Shown in pieces: positions 32,430 through 42,161 of a DNA stretch of 64,000 nt. Source of the DNA: Acidobacteriota bacterium (lineage in GTDB: Bacteria; Acidobacteriota; UBA6911; RPQK01; JAJDTT01); contig OZ242374.1 in the NCBI GenBank assembly GCA_965209055.1, forward strand, positions 1,760,001 to 1,824,000. Direction: 5' to 3'. Below the pieces are notes generated by a model. That model was not told where the DNA came from and ran no database searches. It saw nothing but the letters and a program-made list of their open reading frames with translations. Within the stretch, counting starts at the first letter, position 1. Every line of letters begins with the position of its first letter. The translations under genes and the position numbers were made by a program.

Positions 32430-33704
32430 ATGTTGAGCGACGAACAGAGAACACTGGGACGCAGGAATTTCCTCAAGGCCGTGGCCACGGTTCCGCCCAC
32501 CGGAGCACTGCTCTGGAAGACTGCCTCCATATGGCCGGTGAAGGCCGGCATCATCGGCATCGGAGGTCAGGGCGGCGTGTTGATGGAGAACGCCCCGCCC
32601 AGCCACATGAAGATCGCGGCGGTCTGCGACATCTTTCCCCCCAACCGGGAGAAAGCCCTCAAGATCGCCCAGGAACGGTTCGACCCGAACGCCGTAGCCT
32701 ACTCGGATCATCGCGAACTGTTGAAACGCGGTGATATCGAGGCCGTCCTCATCGCGGCGCCCCTCTGGATGCACGAGGCTCTCGCCATCGACGCACTGAA
32801 CGCGGGAAAGCACGTCTTCACCGAAAAGGCAATGGCCCACAGCATCGACGGTTGCCGACGCATGATCCAGGCGGCCGATTCCGCCGGCAAGCATCTCCAG
32901 GTGGGTCACCAGCGCAACTACAACCCCTTGTACCAAGAGGCCTACCAGCTCATCCGCGAGGGTGTCATCGGCGACGTCTACCACGTCCGCAGCCTCTGGC
33001 ATCGGAACAAGAGCTGGAGGCGCCCGGTGCCCGAAACCGACTTCGACCCTTCACCCTGGGGTTACCCGGACATGGAGCACCTGAGGAACTGGAGGCTCTA
33101 CCGGAAGTACTCGTTCGGGCTCAATGCCGAATTGGGCAGCCACCATCTGCAGGTGGTCAACTGGTTCACCGGCAAGCTGCCCAAGGCCGTCTACGGTTCA
33201 GGCGGGATCTACGCCTACGACGACGGCCGCGAGGTGGAGGATCACATCTACGTCACCTACGAGTATCCGGGAGGCCTGACCTACACGTTCTCGTCCATTC
33301 AGACCAACGCCTTCGACCACTTCTACGAGCAGTTCATGGGCACCGAGGGCACCATCATCCTCACCCGGGAGCGGGAAGCCATGCTCTTCTCGGAGGGTGG
33401 GAAGGCGGCGGCGACCGAGCTCAAGACCCAGGCCATGGGAGACGCTCCTCTGCTGGAGGCTTCGGAAAGCCGGGTCCGGGATGCCGCCGGGTCCCAGGTC
33501 ACGGGTGGAGGCAAGAGCGCGGCCTCGGCTCTGAGGGGGTATTCCAAGGAATTGGAAGGATTCTGCCGGACCATCCGCTACGGGACCGAGAATCTTTGTG
33601 ACGGGCCGTCGGCCATGAACGTGTGCGTGCCCATGATCAAGGCCGGCGAGTCCATGGATTCCCGGCAGAAGGTGGAAATCCCCCAGAATCTCTACTGGAC
33701 CTGA
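32430..33704 (+). CDS. Tat-exported Gfo/Idh/MocA family oxidoreductase
   Basis: GRRNFLK, GIGGQG, FTEKAMA, LQVGHQR, NWRLYRKYSFGLNAELGSH. Confidence 0.9.
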   Translation: MLSDEQRTLGRRNFLKAVATVPPTGALLWKTASIWPVKAGIIGIGGQGGVLMENAPPSHMKIAAVCDIFPPNREKALKIAQERFDPNAVAYSDHRELLKRGDIEAVLIAAPLWMHEALAIDALNAGKHVFTEKAMAHSIDGCRRMIQAADSAGKHLQVGHQRNYNPLYQEAYQLIREGVIGDVYHVRSLWHRNKSWRRPVPETDFDPSPWGYPDMEHLRNWRLYRKYSFGLNAELGSHHLQVVNWFTGKLPKAVYGSGGIYAYDDGREVEDHIYVTYEYPGGLTYTFSSIQTNAFDHFYEQFMGTEGTIILTREREAMLFSEGGKAAATELKTQAMGDAPLLEASESRVRDAAGSQVTGGGKSAASALRGYSKELEGFCRTIRYGTENLCDGPSAMNVCVPMIKAGESMDSRQKVEIPQNLYWT

Positions 33705-33741
33705 TCCACCGACCGGTGTCCCCGGCTTGATGGAAGGCCGG

Positions 33742-34911
33742 TCAGCCGGAATCCGGCGGCAACACGGGAATATCGACCCAGGAACGGCTCAGCCAGGACT
33801 CGCGGGCGCACTCGGCCAACTGAACCCCCTTGGCTCCCTCCAGCATGTTCCAGGGGAACGGTTCGTCGGCAAGAACATGGCGCAGGAACAGTTCCCACTG
33901 CGTCCGGAAGGGACCGGACGCCGGCGCGGGACCGGGTGCGGGCGACCACGATTCCAGCCAGGCGTGCGACTGCTCCAGATCCGGATTCCAGGTCACCCGG
34001 GGGGTGGAGCGGGCGAGTTGCACCCAACAATGGTTCAAGCCGCAGACGGCCGATCCCAGAGTTCCGTCGACTTGAAGGGTGAAGAGGTCGTCCCGGCGCA
34101 CTCGAACCGCCCAGGAACTGTTGAAGTGGGCGACCACGTCTCCTTCGAGTAGAAACGTGGCGTAGGCCGAATCGTCGGCGGTGACCGCGTACTCCCGGCC
34201 TTTTTCGTTCCATCGCCGGCGAACGTGGGTGGCTCCCAGGCAGGAGACGGCCCGCAGGCGGCCGAAGAGGTTTTCCAGCAGATACCTCCAGTGGGGAAAC
34301 ATGTCCAGAATGATGCTGCCGCCCTCTTCCCTGCGATAGTTCCACGACGGCCGCTGCAAGGGGGCATCCCGCCCGTCGAAGACCCAGTAGCCGAACTCTC
34401 CCCGGACCGAAAGGATCCGCCCCAGGCTTCCGTCTCGCAACAACCGTTTCAAGCGAACGATCCCGGGCACCCAGAGCTTGTCCTGGACCACGCCGTGCTT
34501 GAGTCCCCTCCCTTGGGCCATCCGGTAGAGCCGATGCGCCTCGGCGCTGGTGGCGGCGGCCGGTTTCTCGCAGTAGACGTGCCGGCCCGCCTCCAGGGCC
34601 CGTTCCATCGCCGCAGCCCGCAGCGGAGTGGTCTGAGCGTCGAAGTAGATCCGGTTGGCGGGGTCTTCCAGGGCCCGTTCCAACCGGTCGGTCCAGGTTT
34701 CGACGCCGGTCTCGCGGGACAGCCGCTCCAGCTTGACCGGGTTCCGCCCCACCAGAACCGGCTCGGGAAGGATCCGGCCGATGCCGGGGATCTCCATTCC
34801 TCCGTCCCGGCGGATGCTCAGGATGGACCGGCGCAGATGCTGATTGGTCCCCATGCGGCCGGTGACCCCGTTCATGATGACGCCGATGCGGAGGGGGGAG
34901 TCTGCGGACAT
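33742..34911 (-). CDS. Gfo/Idh/MocA family oxidoreductase
   Basis: MNGVTGRMG, YCEKP, GVVQDKL, QRPSWNYR, LDMFPHW. Confidence 0.9.
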   Translation of the reverse strand: MSADSPLRIGVIMNGVTGRMGTNQHLRRSILSIRRDGGMEIPGIGRILPEPVLVGRNPVKLERLSRETGVETWTDRLERALEDPANRIYFDAQTTPLRAAAMERALEAGRHVYCEKPAAATSAEAHRLYRMAQGRGLKHGVVQDKLWVPGIVRLKRLLRDGSLGRILSVRGEFGYWVFDGRDAPLQRPSWNYRREEGGSIILDMFPHWRYLLENLFGRLRAVSCLGATHVRRRWNEKGREYAVTADDSAYATFLLEGDVVAHFNSSWAVRVRRDDLFTLQVDGTLGSAVCGLNHCWVQLARSTPRVTWNPDLEQSHAWLESWSPAPGPAPASGPFRTQWELFLRHVLADEPFPWNMLEGAKGVQLAECARESWLSRSWVDIPVLPPDSG

Positions 34912-34920
34912 GTTTCAGCT

Positions 34921-35355
34921 TCAAACGTGTTGGGAGCGGGCCCCCTCCGGCAGGGAGGGCGCCTCGCGGCCGGCGCGGGGAAGGATGCCCGTGAGTTCCT
35001 GGCGCCAGTGGGCCACGTCTCCGGCGGGACCGTAGCAATAGATGAAGGTCAAGGGTTTCTTTCCCAGGTTGGTGAGCTGATGGTAAACGCCCGGCGGAAT
35101 ATAGACGACGTCCCCGGAGCTCAAGGTTCTCCGCTCCCGGCCCAGGCACATCTCTCCGGTCCCCTCCACGACGTAGTAGATCTCCTCCTGCTCCTGATTG
35201 TGCCAGGGGACCTGGCCTCCGTCCGGGTCCAGGACCACGGACCCCATGCAGAAGCTGGCGGCTTGAATGGGCGATGGGCCTCCCACCAGGTTCCTCGACT
35301 CGCGGCCGGCCGGGAATCGGCGGGAACTCAACCGGTTGAGACTGGCAACGATCAT
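34921..35355 (-). CDS. Cupin domain protein
   Basis: VPWHNQEQEEIYYVVEGTG and GDVVYIPPGVYHQLTN cupin motifs. Confidence 0.85.
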   Translation of the reverse strand: MIVASLNRLSSRRFPAGRESRNLVGGPSPIQAASFCMGSVVLDPDGGQVPWHNQEQEEIYYVVEGTGEMCLGRERRTLSSGDVVYIPPGVYHQLTNLGKKPLTFIYCYGPAGDVAHWRQELTGILPRAGREAPSLPEGARSQHV

Positions 35356-35436
35356 CTGCTCCGTCCTCCACGATGTTCGGCGGCTACCCGGCCGATCTTC
35401 TCCGAAACCGGGGCAAGAGGAAAGAGCAAAGCTCCC

Positions 35437-35549
35437 GGAGCGGCGGTTTCCTGACCGCCGATTCCCGAGCAGCAAGAGAATAGGAGCCGTGGCGGGCGAT
35501 TGGGAATTCGCCCTTCCAAACACCGGAACGGTTTCCTAACCGCCGCTCC
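35437..35549. repeat. Cluster of three REP-like palindromes
   Basis: GGAGCGGCGGTTTCCTGACCGCCG (35437-35460), GGGCGATTGGGAATTCGCCCTTCC (35494-35517), CGGTTTCCTAACCGCCGCTCC (35529-35549). Confidence 0.55.
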
Positions 35550-37092
35550 GGGTCTTTTTCCAGAAACTCCGGTCCAGGGACCGGTACTGGATGGCCTCGG
35601 AGACATGGGAGGTGGTCAGTCCGGACGACCCGTCGAGATCGGCGATGGTGCGCGCCATCTTGAGGATGCGGTCGTAGGCTCGAGCCGAGAATCCCAACCT
35701 GGGAAGGGCGTCGTCGAACAACCGCCTGACCGTGGGACTCAGGGTGCAGAACCGCTGGATCTCCTGACCCCCCATCTGAGCGTTGCAGAAGATGGGCGTT
35801 CCCGAGAAGCGGTCCCGCTGGACGTCCCGCGCCCGGGCGACCCGCTTGGCGATGGAGCGTGACGGCTCTCCCGAAGGCTGGGCCGCCAGGTCGCGATACG
35901 GCACCTCGGGGACCTCGACCTGCAGGTCCATCCGATCCAGGAAGGGTCCCGAAATCCGCGTCAGATAGCGGTGGATCGCCAGCGGAGAACAGACGCACTC
36001 CCGGTGAAGACTGGTGGCATAGCCGCAGGGACAAGGGTTCATGGCGGCCACCAGCATGAAACGGGAGGGAAAGGTCAAGCTGCGGGCGGCCCGGCTGATG
36101 GTGACTTCTCCGGCCTCGCAGGGTTGGCGAAGCGTTTCCAGCACCCGCCGGTGGAACTCGGGCAGCTCATCCAGAAAGAGGACTCCATTGTGGGCCAGGG
36201 AGATTTCGCCCGGCCGGGGCGGCGACCCCCCGCCCACCAGGCCGGCTCCGCTGATGCTGTGGTGGGGAGACCGGAAGGGGCGCCTCGCCAGGATGGAGCG
36301 GCCCTTGCCCAGCAATCCGCAAACGCTGTGGACCGCCGTCGTCTCCAGGGATTCGGAGAAGTTCATGGAGGGTAAAATGGAGGGGATTCGCCGGGCCAGC
36401 ATGGTCTTCCCGGCGCCGGGCGGGCCCATCAGGAGCAGGTTGTGTCCCCCGCCGCAAGCCACCTCCATGGCCCGCTTGGCCGCCTGTTGCGCCTTGACGT
36501 GAGAAAAATCGGGCAGGCGGCATTCCGATGCCGATTCTCCTGCCTCCGGATCGATGGTGAGGGGACCCTCGCTCCGGTTGCCGTTGAGCAGGTCCAGGAC
36601 CTGGGGCAGACTGACCCCGCTATAGACCTCGATTTCCCGGACGGCCGCCGCCTCCCGGGCGTTGCCGGCCGGGAGCAGGAGCCGCTCGAACTTCCGCTTG
36701 ACGGCTCCCAGGGCCACCGGCAGCGCGCCTCGAATGGAACGCACCATTCCATCCAGCGACAATTCGCCGAGGATCAGCCACTTCCGCAGTTCCCGGTTCT
36801 CCAGCTTACCGGTCAAACCCAGGATCCCCAATGCGATGGGCAGGTCGTAGCAACTGCCTTCCTTCTTGAATCCCGCGGGGGCCAGGTTGACGATGATGGT
36901 CCCTTGGCCGGGAAACTTGAAGCCGCAATTGCGGATGGCGGCCCGCACCCTCTCGCCGCTCTCCTTGACCGCCCTGTCGGGCAAGCCGACCACGTGGTAC
37001 CGGAAATACATGCTCTGGGTGAAATTGACCTCCACGTCGACGATTTCGGCCTGGATGCCCAACACGGAGGCACTGTGGACTTTGAGCAGCAT
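35536..37092 (-). CDS. comM: YifB/ComM family Mg-chelatase-like AAA+ ATPase
   Basis: VGLPDRAVKES, NLAPA, GPPGAGKTMLA, RPFRSPHH, GEISLAHNGVLFLDELPEF, AAMNPCPCG. Confidence 0.92.
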   Translation of the reverse strand: MLLKVHSASVLGIQAEIVDVEVNFTQSMYFRYHVVGLPDRAVKESGERVRAAIRNCGFKFPGQGTIIVNLAPAGFKKEGSCYDLPIALGILGLTGKLENRELRKWLILGELSLDGMVRSIRGALPVALGAVKRKFERLLLPAGNAREAAAVREIEVYSGVSLPQVLDLLNGNRSEGPLTIDPEAGESASECRLPDFSHVKAQQAAKRAMEVACGGGHNLLLMGPPGAGKTMLARRIPSILPSMNFSESLETTAVHSVCGLLGKGRSILARRPFRSPHHSISGAGLVGGGSPPRPGEISLAHNGVLFLDELPEFHRRVLETLRQPCEAGEVTISRAARSLTFPSRFMLVAAMNPCPCGYATSLHRECVCSPLAIHRYLTRISGPFLDRMDLQVEVPEVPYRDLAAQPSGEPSRSIAKRVARARDVQRDRFSGTPIFCNAQMGGQEIQRFCTLSPTVRRLFDDALPRLGFSARAYDRILKMARTIADLDGSSGLTTSHVSEAIQYRSLDRSFWKKTRSGG

Positions 37093-37377
37093 GGCCCGGA
37101 ACACCCCTGAATTCACACGACCGCCGCCCGGTGCGGCAGATCCTCTCACCATCGCCCGCCCGGCGCCGAGCCGAGCACGCTATGGTGCGCTTCAACCGCT
37201 TGTTAACGTCCCGGGCAGGCAAAATGCGAAGCGGCAGGCCGGTTCCAACGTGCCTTGGGAGGGAGCCGGAGGCCGGAGCCGGGTGGAGTTCAAGGTTCCG
37301 GGGTATACTCTCTAGTCTTTCCGGAGCGTACGGAGCAAACCGGCGGGAACTCCGGACCAGCGACTGGGAACGAATCA

Positions 37378-38424
37378 ATGACGGATAGGAACCATCGACG
37401 GGAGGGACGCTTCCTGCGGGCTTGCCGGCTCCGGAAGGTGGATTGCACTCCCGTCTGGGTGATGCGCCAGGCGGGCCGCTACCTGCCTGAATACCGGCGG
37501 TTGAGGGAGCGTTACACCCTCTTGCAAATCTGTGGAAACCCGGAGTTGGCGGCTGAGGTGACCCTGCAGCCCATCCGGCGTTTCGATCTGGACGCGGCCA
37601 TTATTTTCGCGGACATCCTCCTGCCGCTGAAGGGAATGGGCCTGGATTTCCGGTTCGCCGCCGGAGAGGGTCCCGTCATTTCCCGGCCGGTCAGGAGCCC
37701 CGAAGCGGTCCGGGCGCTCCACACCATGGATCCCTGGGAGCACCTGTCCCACGTGATGGAGGCGCTCCGGCTGGTGCGGCAGGAGTTGGACCCGGGGCGG
37801 GCCTTGATCGGATTCTGCGGCGCTCCCTTCACTCTCGCCAGCTACATGATCGAAGGGGGCAAGTCCAAGAACTTCCAGGAGACCAAGAAGTTCATGTACA
37901 CCCATCCGGACGCCTGGAAGGAGTTGATGGGAAAGCTGGTGGAAGTGCAGGTCTCCTATCTGAATGCGCAGGTCGATGCGGGAGCCCAGGCGGTTCAGCT
38001 CTTCGACAGTTGGGTCGGCAGCCTGGGCCGGGCCGACTACCGGGAGTATGTCCTTCCCTTTTCCCGGGCCCTGTTCCAAGGGCTCAAACATCGGGGGGTC
38101 CCCCTGATCCATTTCGGAACCGGAACCGGAGCTCTTCTGGAAGACATGCAGGAAGCGGACGGGACGGTGCTGGGTGTCGATTGGCGGGTCGACCTGGACC
38201 AGGTCTGGGAACGGCTGGGTTCGGGTCAAGCCATCCAGGGGAACCTCGACCCGCTTGCCCTGATGGCCCCCCGGCCGGTCCTGAAGCGGAAGGTGCGCGA
38301 GGTTCTGGCCCAGGCCCGGGGACGCCGGGGACACATCTTCAACCTGGGTCACGGCGTTTTGCCGCCCACCGATCCGGACGCCGTCGCGGCCATGGTCGAT
38401 TGGGTTCGAGAGGAGTCAAAGTGA
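37378..38424 (+). CDS. hemE: Uroporphyrinogen decarboxylase
   Basis: PVWVMRQAGRYLPEY, GFCGAPFTLASY, QLFDSW, IQGNLDP, FNLGHG. Confidence 0.97.
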   Translation: MTDRNHRREGRFLRACRLRKVDCTPVWVMRQAGRYLPEYRRLRERYTLLQICGNPELAAEVTLQPIRRFDLDAAIIFADILLPLKGMGLDFRFAAGEGPVISRPVRSPEAVRALHTMDPWEHLSHVMEALRLVRQELDPGRALIGFCGAPFTLASYMIEGGKSKNFQETKKFMYTHPDAWKELMGKLVEVQVSYLNAQVDAGAQAVQLFDSWVGSLGRADYREYVLPFSRALFQGLKHRGVPLIHFGTGTGALLEDMQEADGTVLGVDWRVDLDQVWERLGSGQAIQGNLDPLALMAPRPVLKRKVREVLAQARGRRGHIFNLGHGVLPPTDPDAVAAMVDWVREESK

Positions 38425-39071
38425 TCGTTTTCGCCAGGGATTCCATCAAGATAGGAATGGGCGTCCACCGGAAGATCATGTGCGCCGTTCCCCGATTTCG
38501 ATTCGGATGCACCATCCTGTTCCCGTTCCTGTTCCTTTTCGGCGGGACGGAGCCGGTTGCAGCCAGCCCGGACTGCGAATCGATCCTCCCCGGCCTGAAG
38601 GTCCCGGCCAAGCTCAAGACCCGGGGAAAGCCGAAACGGGGACGTTGGGAGAACGTGGACAAGGTCGTCACCCGGGTGCGGGAGGCCGTCGAGGAAACGG
38701 AATGTTCGTTGACGCTGGCGCAGTTGTTCCGGGTCCGCCGCCAGGAGATCTTCTTTCCCTTGACCAACAACCTGCTCAGGACGATCCCGGAGGAATCCCT
38801 GGAGGGCGTTTCCGTCTACTCCAGCGACGGCGAGCGGCTGGGAGAATTTTCCAACATCGTTCCGTATCACCGCAGCGGAGGACTTTACGCCGCCAAGGGG
38901 TACACGCTGCACTATTTCCAATACAAGGATGAGGAGGGCGGCCTCCACTCCAGCGGCACCGATCTACTGTTGGACAACTTTCTGCTAAAGTGGAACGACA
39001 TCAAGGATCGCGTCTTGATCTCCACTCCACGCCAGACCGAAGGGGATCTGCAATTCAGACAACGGCAATGA
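38421..39071 (+). CDS. Hypothetical exported protein (start uncertain)
   Basis: Overlaps the hemE stop and the next ATG; hydrophobic signal-like stretch; host-like codon usage. Confidence 0.6.
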   Translation: MIVFARDSIKIGMGVHRKIMCAVPRFRFGCTILFPFLFLFGGTEPVAASPDCESILPGLKVPAKLKTRGKPKRGRWENVDKVVTRVREAVEETECSLTLAQLFRVRRQEIFFPLTNNLLRTIPEESLEGVSVYSSDGERLGEFSNIVPYHRSGGLYAAKGYTLHYFQYKDEEGGLHSSGTDLLLDNFLLKWNDIKDRVLISTPRQTEGDLQFRQRQ

Positions 39072-40102
39072 CGAGACCGGTGCATCGATTTCCCGGCAAT
39101 CCGGCAGGAAGGCTTCTCCTGGTCCTGGTCCTGCTCTGCCCCCAGGTCTGGACCTCAAACCTGTTGGGGCAGGACGGTTCATCCGATACCTACAGGACCG
39201 CGTATGGCCGCGGTTACGAGGACGGACAACGGTCGGGAGAAAGTGATCGGGCGGCGCGCCATTACTACGACATGGCCAACAAGCGGGAATATCAGCGGTT
39301 GGATCCCGGGTTCGATCCGGACCGGGACGACCCCGAAATCTATCGAAACGGCTATCGCCGGGGTTTCGAAGCCGGCTATGACGACGGGTTCTATCCTGAC
39401 CGGCCGGGCTCCCGGCGGCGTGCCCCGGCACCGGAACCGGATGGTCCGGAGGCCCGATCTCCGGCCGCAGCGGACTCGGAATCAAAGCTCCGGATCCCGG
39501 CCGGGACCGAGATTCGCGTTCGAATGAAGGAACCGCTCACCACCAGAACCCACAAAGTCGGAGACACTTTCTCAGCCCGGGTGATTCAGAGTATCGATGC
39601 GGGGAGGGCAAGGGCCATACCCAAGGGCGTCGAGGTTCGCGGCTCCATCTCCCAGTTGGTGAGGGCCGGCCGGATCCGGGGCCGGGCCCGCATGAACCTG
39701 CACTTCAAGGAACTGCGCTTCAGAGACGGACGAGTGGTCCCCATGGATGCCCAGATGGCTTCCCTGGTGGAGCCGCGCAAGAGGAGCGTCTCCGACGAAG
39801 AAGGCACGCTGAAGGAACCTGGGGAAAAGGCCGGGGATGCCGGCAAGATCGGGGCCTCATCCGCCATCGGTGCGCTGATCGGCCTGATCGGCGGCGGTAA
39901 GGAAGGGGTCGCCGTGGGGGCGGCCGCCGGGGCCGCTGTGGGAGCGGCCGGGATTCTGGTGACCCGGGGGAGGGACATCGTAATTCCAGCCGGGACTGAA
40001 ATCGTCATTCGACTGAGCAAGGATCTCGACCTCCCCGCATCGCACCGGTCCACTCCTCATCGCCGCGAGGAAGATTTCCTTACCACCGGCGACGCGTTGT
40101 AA
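39068..40102 (+). CDS. Exported protein with GY-rich helical repeats, TrbI/VirB10-like beta domain and glycine zipper
   Basis: Signal peptide, YGRGYEDG/GYRRGFEAGY, IPAGTEIRVR..VGDTFSARV, GALIGLIGGGKEGVAVGAAAGAAVG. Confidence 0.65.
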   Translation: MTRPVHRFPGNPAGRLLLVLVLLCPQVWTSNLLGQDGSSDTYRTAYGRGYEDGQRSGESDRAARHYYDMANKREYQRLDPGFDPDRDDPEIYRNGYRRGFEAGYDDGFYPDRPGSRRRAPAPEPDGPEARSPAAADSESKLRIPAGTEIRVRMKEPLTTRTHKVGDTFSARVIQSIDAGRARAIPKGVEVRGSISQLVRAGRIRGRARMNLHFKELRFRDGRVVPMDAQMASLVEPRKRSVSDEEGTLKEPGEKAGDAGKIGASSAIGALIGLIGGGKEGVAVGAAAGAAVGAAGILVTRGRDIVIPAGTEIVIRLSKDLDLPASHRSTPHRREEDFLTTGDAL

Positions 40103-40181
40103 CTGCTGAAGCACCGGTTGATCTTCGGTCCCGGGAAAGCTGCCGGGGCGGTTCCCGGTTTCTCCTTCTCCTTTTTCCGGA

Positions 40182-42077
40182 TCAGGCCGCGTGTTCGGCC
40201 AGGAATTCCTGCAACGCCTCCAGGTAGGTCTCGATCGTCTGCGACTTCTTCCAGCCGTGTCCTTCACCCGGGAACCGATGGTAGATATGGGGGACTCCCC
40301 GCCCCGCCAGAACTTCGGCGATCCGGTCCGATTGGCTGGGGGGAACGACTTCGTCGTCTTCGCCCTGAAAGAGTGCGACCGGATCCCGGATCGACCCGGC
40401 CCGCCCCAAAGGCGAGCGGTCCCGGTAGCGGGACTCGTCCCGGGGCAGGAGGCCCACCAGCGAGTCCAGGTAATGCGCTTCGAACTTGTGCGTCTCCCGG
40501 GCCAGGGCAAGTAGATCGGAGACTCCGTAGAGGCAGACTCCGGCTCGAAACAGGCCCGGATAACGGATCAGGCACAACAGTACGGTGAACCCCCCGGCGC
40601 TGCCTCCCAGGACGAAGAGGCGATCGGGACGGGCTCGTCCGCTGGAGACCAGGGTTTCGGCGGCGGACCGGGTGTCCTCGACGTCGGCCACTCCCCATTG
40701 ACCCTTCAGGGCATCCCGGTAAGCGCGGCCGTAACCGGAGCTGCCCCGGTAGTTGAGATCCAGCACGGCGAATCCCCGGCTGGTCAGGAAAGGGATTTCG
40801 AAACGGTATTCGACCAGGGCCTGAGAGGTGGGACCGCCATGGACCCGAATGACCGCAGGGGGCGGAGCCGTTGGCCGGTGCGCGGGATTTCTGGGACGGT
40901 AGTACAAGCCATGACAGGCCAGGGGTTCCGGAAGATCGGCCTCGGACCGCACCCGCCAGGAAAGGGGACGGGGATGGCCCAGGTAGGCTGCTTCCGGCGG
41001 ATCGGGAGTCACCTGGGACCAGGTCTCCACCGCGCCATGAGCTGAAACGGTGAGGACCCGGCGCGGAAGCAGCGGGGAGGAGCCGACGAGTGCGACCCGC
41101 TCGCCTTCGGGCGCCGGAGAGAGCTGGCTCAACGCCGAATAGCGGGAGAGGCCGCCGCCGACCGGTTGGGGTCGCCGTTCCTCCAGGTCCACCCGCACCA
41201 GCGCCGCACGGCCCCGAGTCAGCCGAATCGCGTAGACCGCGTCGCCCGACGGGGTCCAGGCGTGGGATCTGAGCCCCTGGATCCAAGCCGGCCCCGCGTA
41301 CTCGCAAGGTTCGCGCACCAACGGCTGCAGCGATCCGTCCGCCAGGTCGTAAAGCCAGAGGTTGAACCAGCCTCCCCGATCGGAGACGAAGCTCAGGTAG
41401 CGGCCGTCCGGGGAAAAAGCAGGTTGGAAGACCGCGACGGAACCTCCCGGATCACCGGCCACCAGCACCGGCTCCGGTCCATCTCCGGCCCCTGTCCGGC
41501 AGCCGGCCTCGCCCAGGTAGAGGCCGCTTCCGTCCCAAGGCATGTTGGGGTGGTCCCACGCGACCCAGGCGACCCGGCGGCCGTCCGGGTGCCAGGCCGG
41601 CTGCATGTAGAAGTCGCGTCCGGACGCCAATTGGACCGGCCAGCCGGAGCCGTCCGTCCGCGCCAGACCGAGGCAGTCCACACCCTCGGAGGAATGGACA
41701 TAGACCAGCCGGCGGCCGTCCGGAGACGCCGACGGCGCCGCCGCCTTGCCCCACGGCGGGGTCACGGGCGCGGATTCCGAGTCCTCCAATCCCCGGCGAA
41801 AGATCCTCCCCCCGGAGACGAAATAAACCTGGTCGCCGGACACCGAAAAGTCGCCGCCGCCGTATCCCACCCGGGCTCGAACGGAACGCCCGGAGACCAG
41901 GTCCCGGGGCGGACCGTCGAGGGATTCGCGAACCACCAGGACCCCTGTCGCGGAACGATCTTCCCGCCAGACCAGAGCTCCCGATGCCGTCCATTGGACG
42001 TCGCTCGGCCGGACCCGCGCCGCCCCTTGGCCGGGCGCCAAGGGACTCTCCCAGAGTCGGCCCGCCGCGCTGTTCAT
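40182..42077 (-). CDS. S9 family peptidase (prolyl oligopeptidase/acylaminoacyl peptidase)
   Basis: VGYGGG, WDHPNMPWD, HGGPT, NYRGSSGYGR, GGSAGG, QGEDDEVVP, EGHG. Confidence 0.93.
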   Translation of the reverse strand: MNSAAGRLWESPLAPGQGAARVRPSDVQWTASGALVWREDRSATGVLVVRESLDGPPRDLVSGRSVRARVGYGGGDFSVSGDQVYFVSGGRIFRRGLEDSESAPVTPPWGKAAAPSASPDGRRLVYVHSSEGVDCLGLARTDGSGWPVQLASGRDFYMQPAWHPDGRRVAWVAWDHPNMPWDGSGLYLGEAGCRTGAGDGPEPVLVAGDPGGSVAVFQPAFSPDGRYLSFVSDRGGWFNLWLYDLADGSLQPLVREPCEYAGPAWIQGLRSHAWTPSGDAVYAIRLTRGRAALVRVDLEERRPQPVGGGLSRYSALSQLSPAPEGERVALVGSSPLLPRRVLTVSAHGAVETWSQVTPDPPEAAYLGHPRPLSWRVRSEADLPEPLACHGLYYRPRNPAHRPTAPPPAVIRVHGGPTSQALVEYRFEIPFLTSRGFAVLDLNYRGSSGYGRAYRDALKGQWGVADVEDTRSAAETLVSSGRARPDRLFVLGGSAGGFTVLLCLIRYPGLFRAGVCLYGVSDLLALARETHKFEAHYLDSLVGLLPRDESRYRDRSPLGRAGSIRDPVALFQGEDDEVVPPSQSDRIAEVLAGRGVPHIYHRFPGEGHGWKKSQTIETYLEALQEFLAEHAA

Positions 42078-42161
42078 TCCGGCTCGCTTTTCGGTTCCTC
42101 TTTCCCGATCTCTAGGGCACCGTCTTGAACTGTGCCCATTGTATGGTGTTTCATAGCGGCG

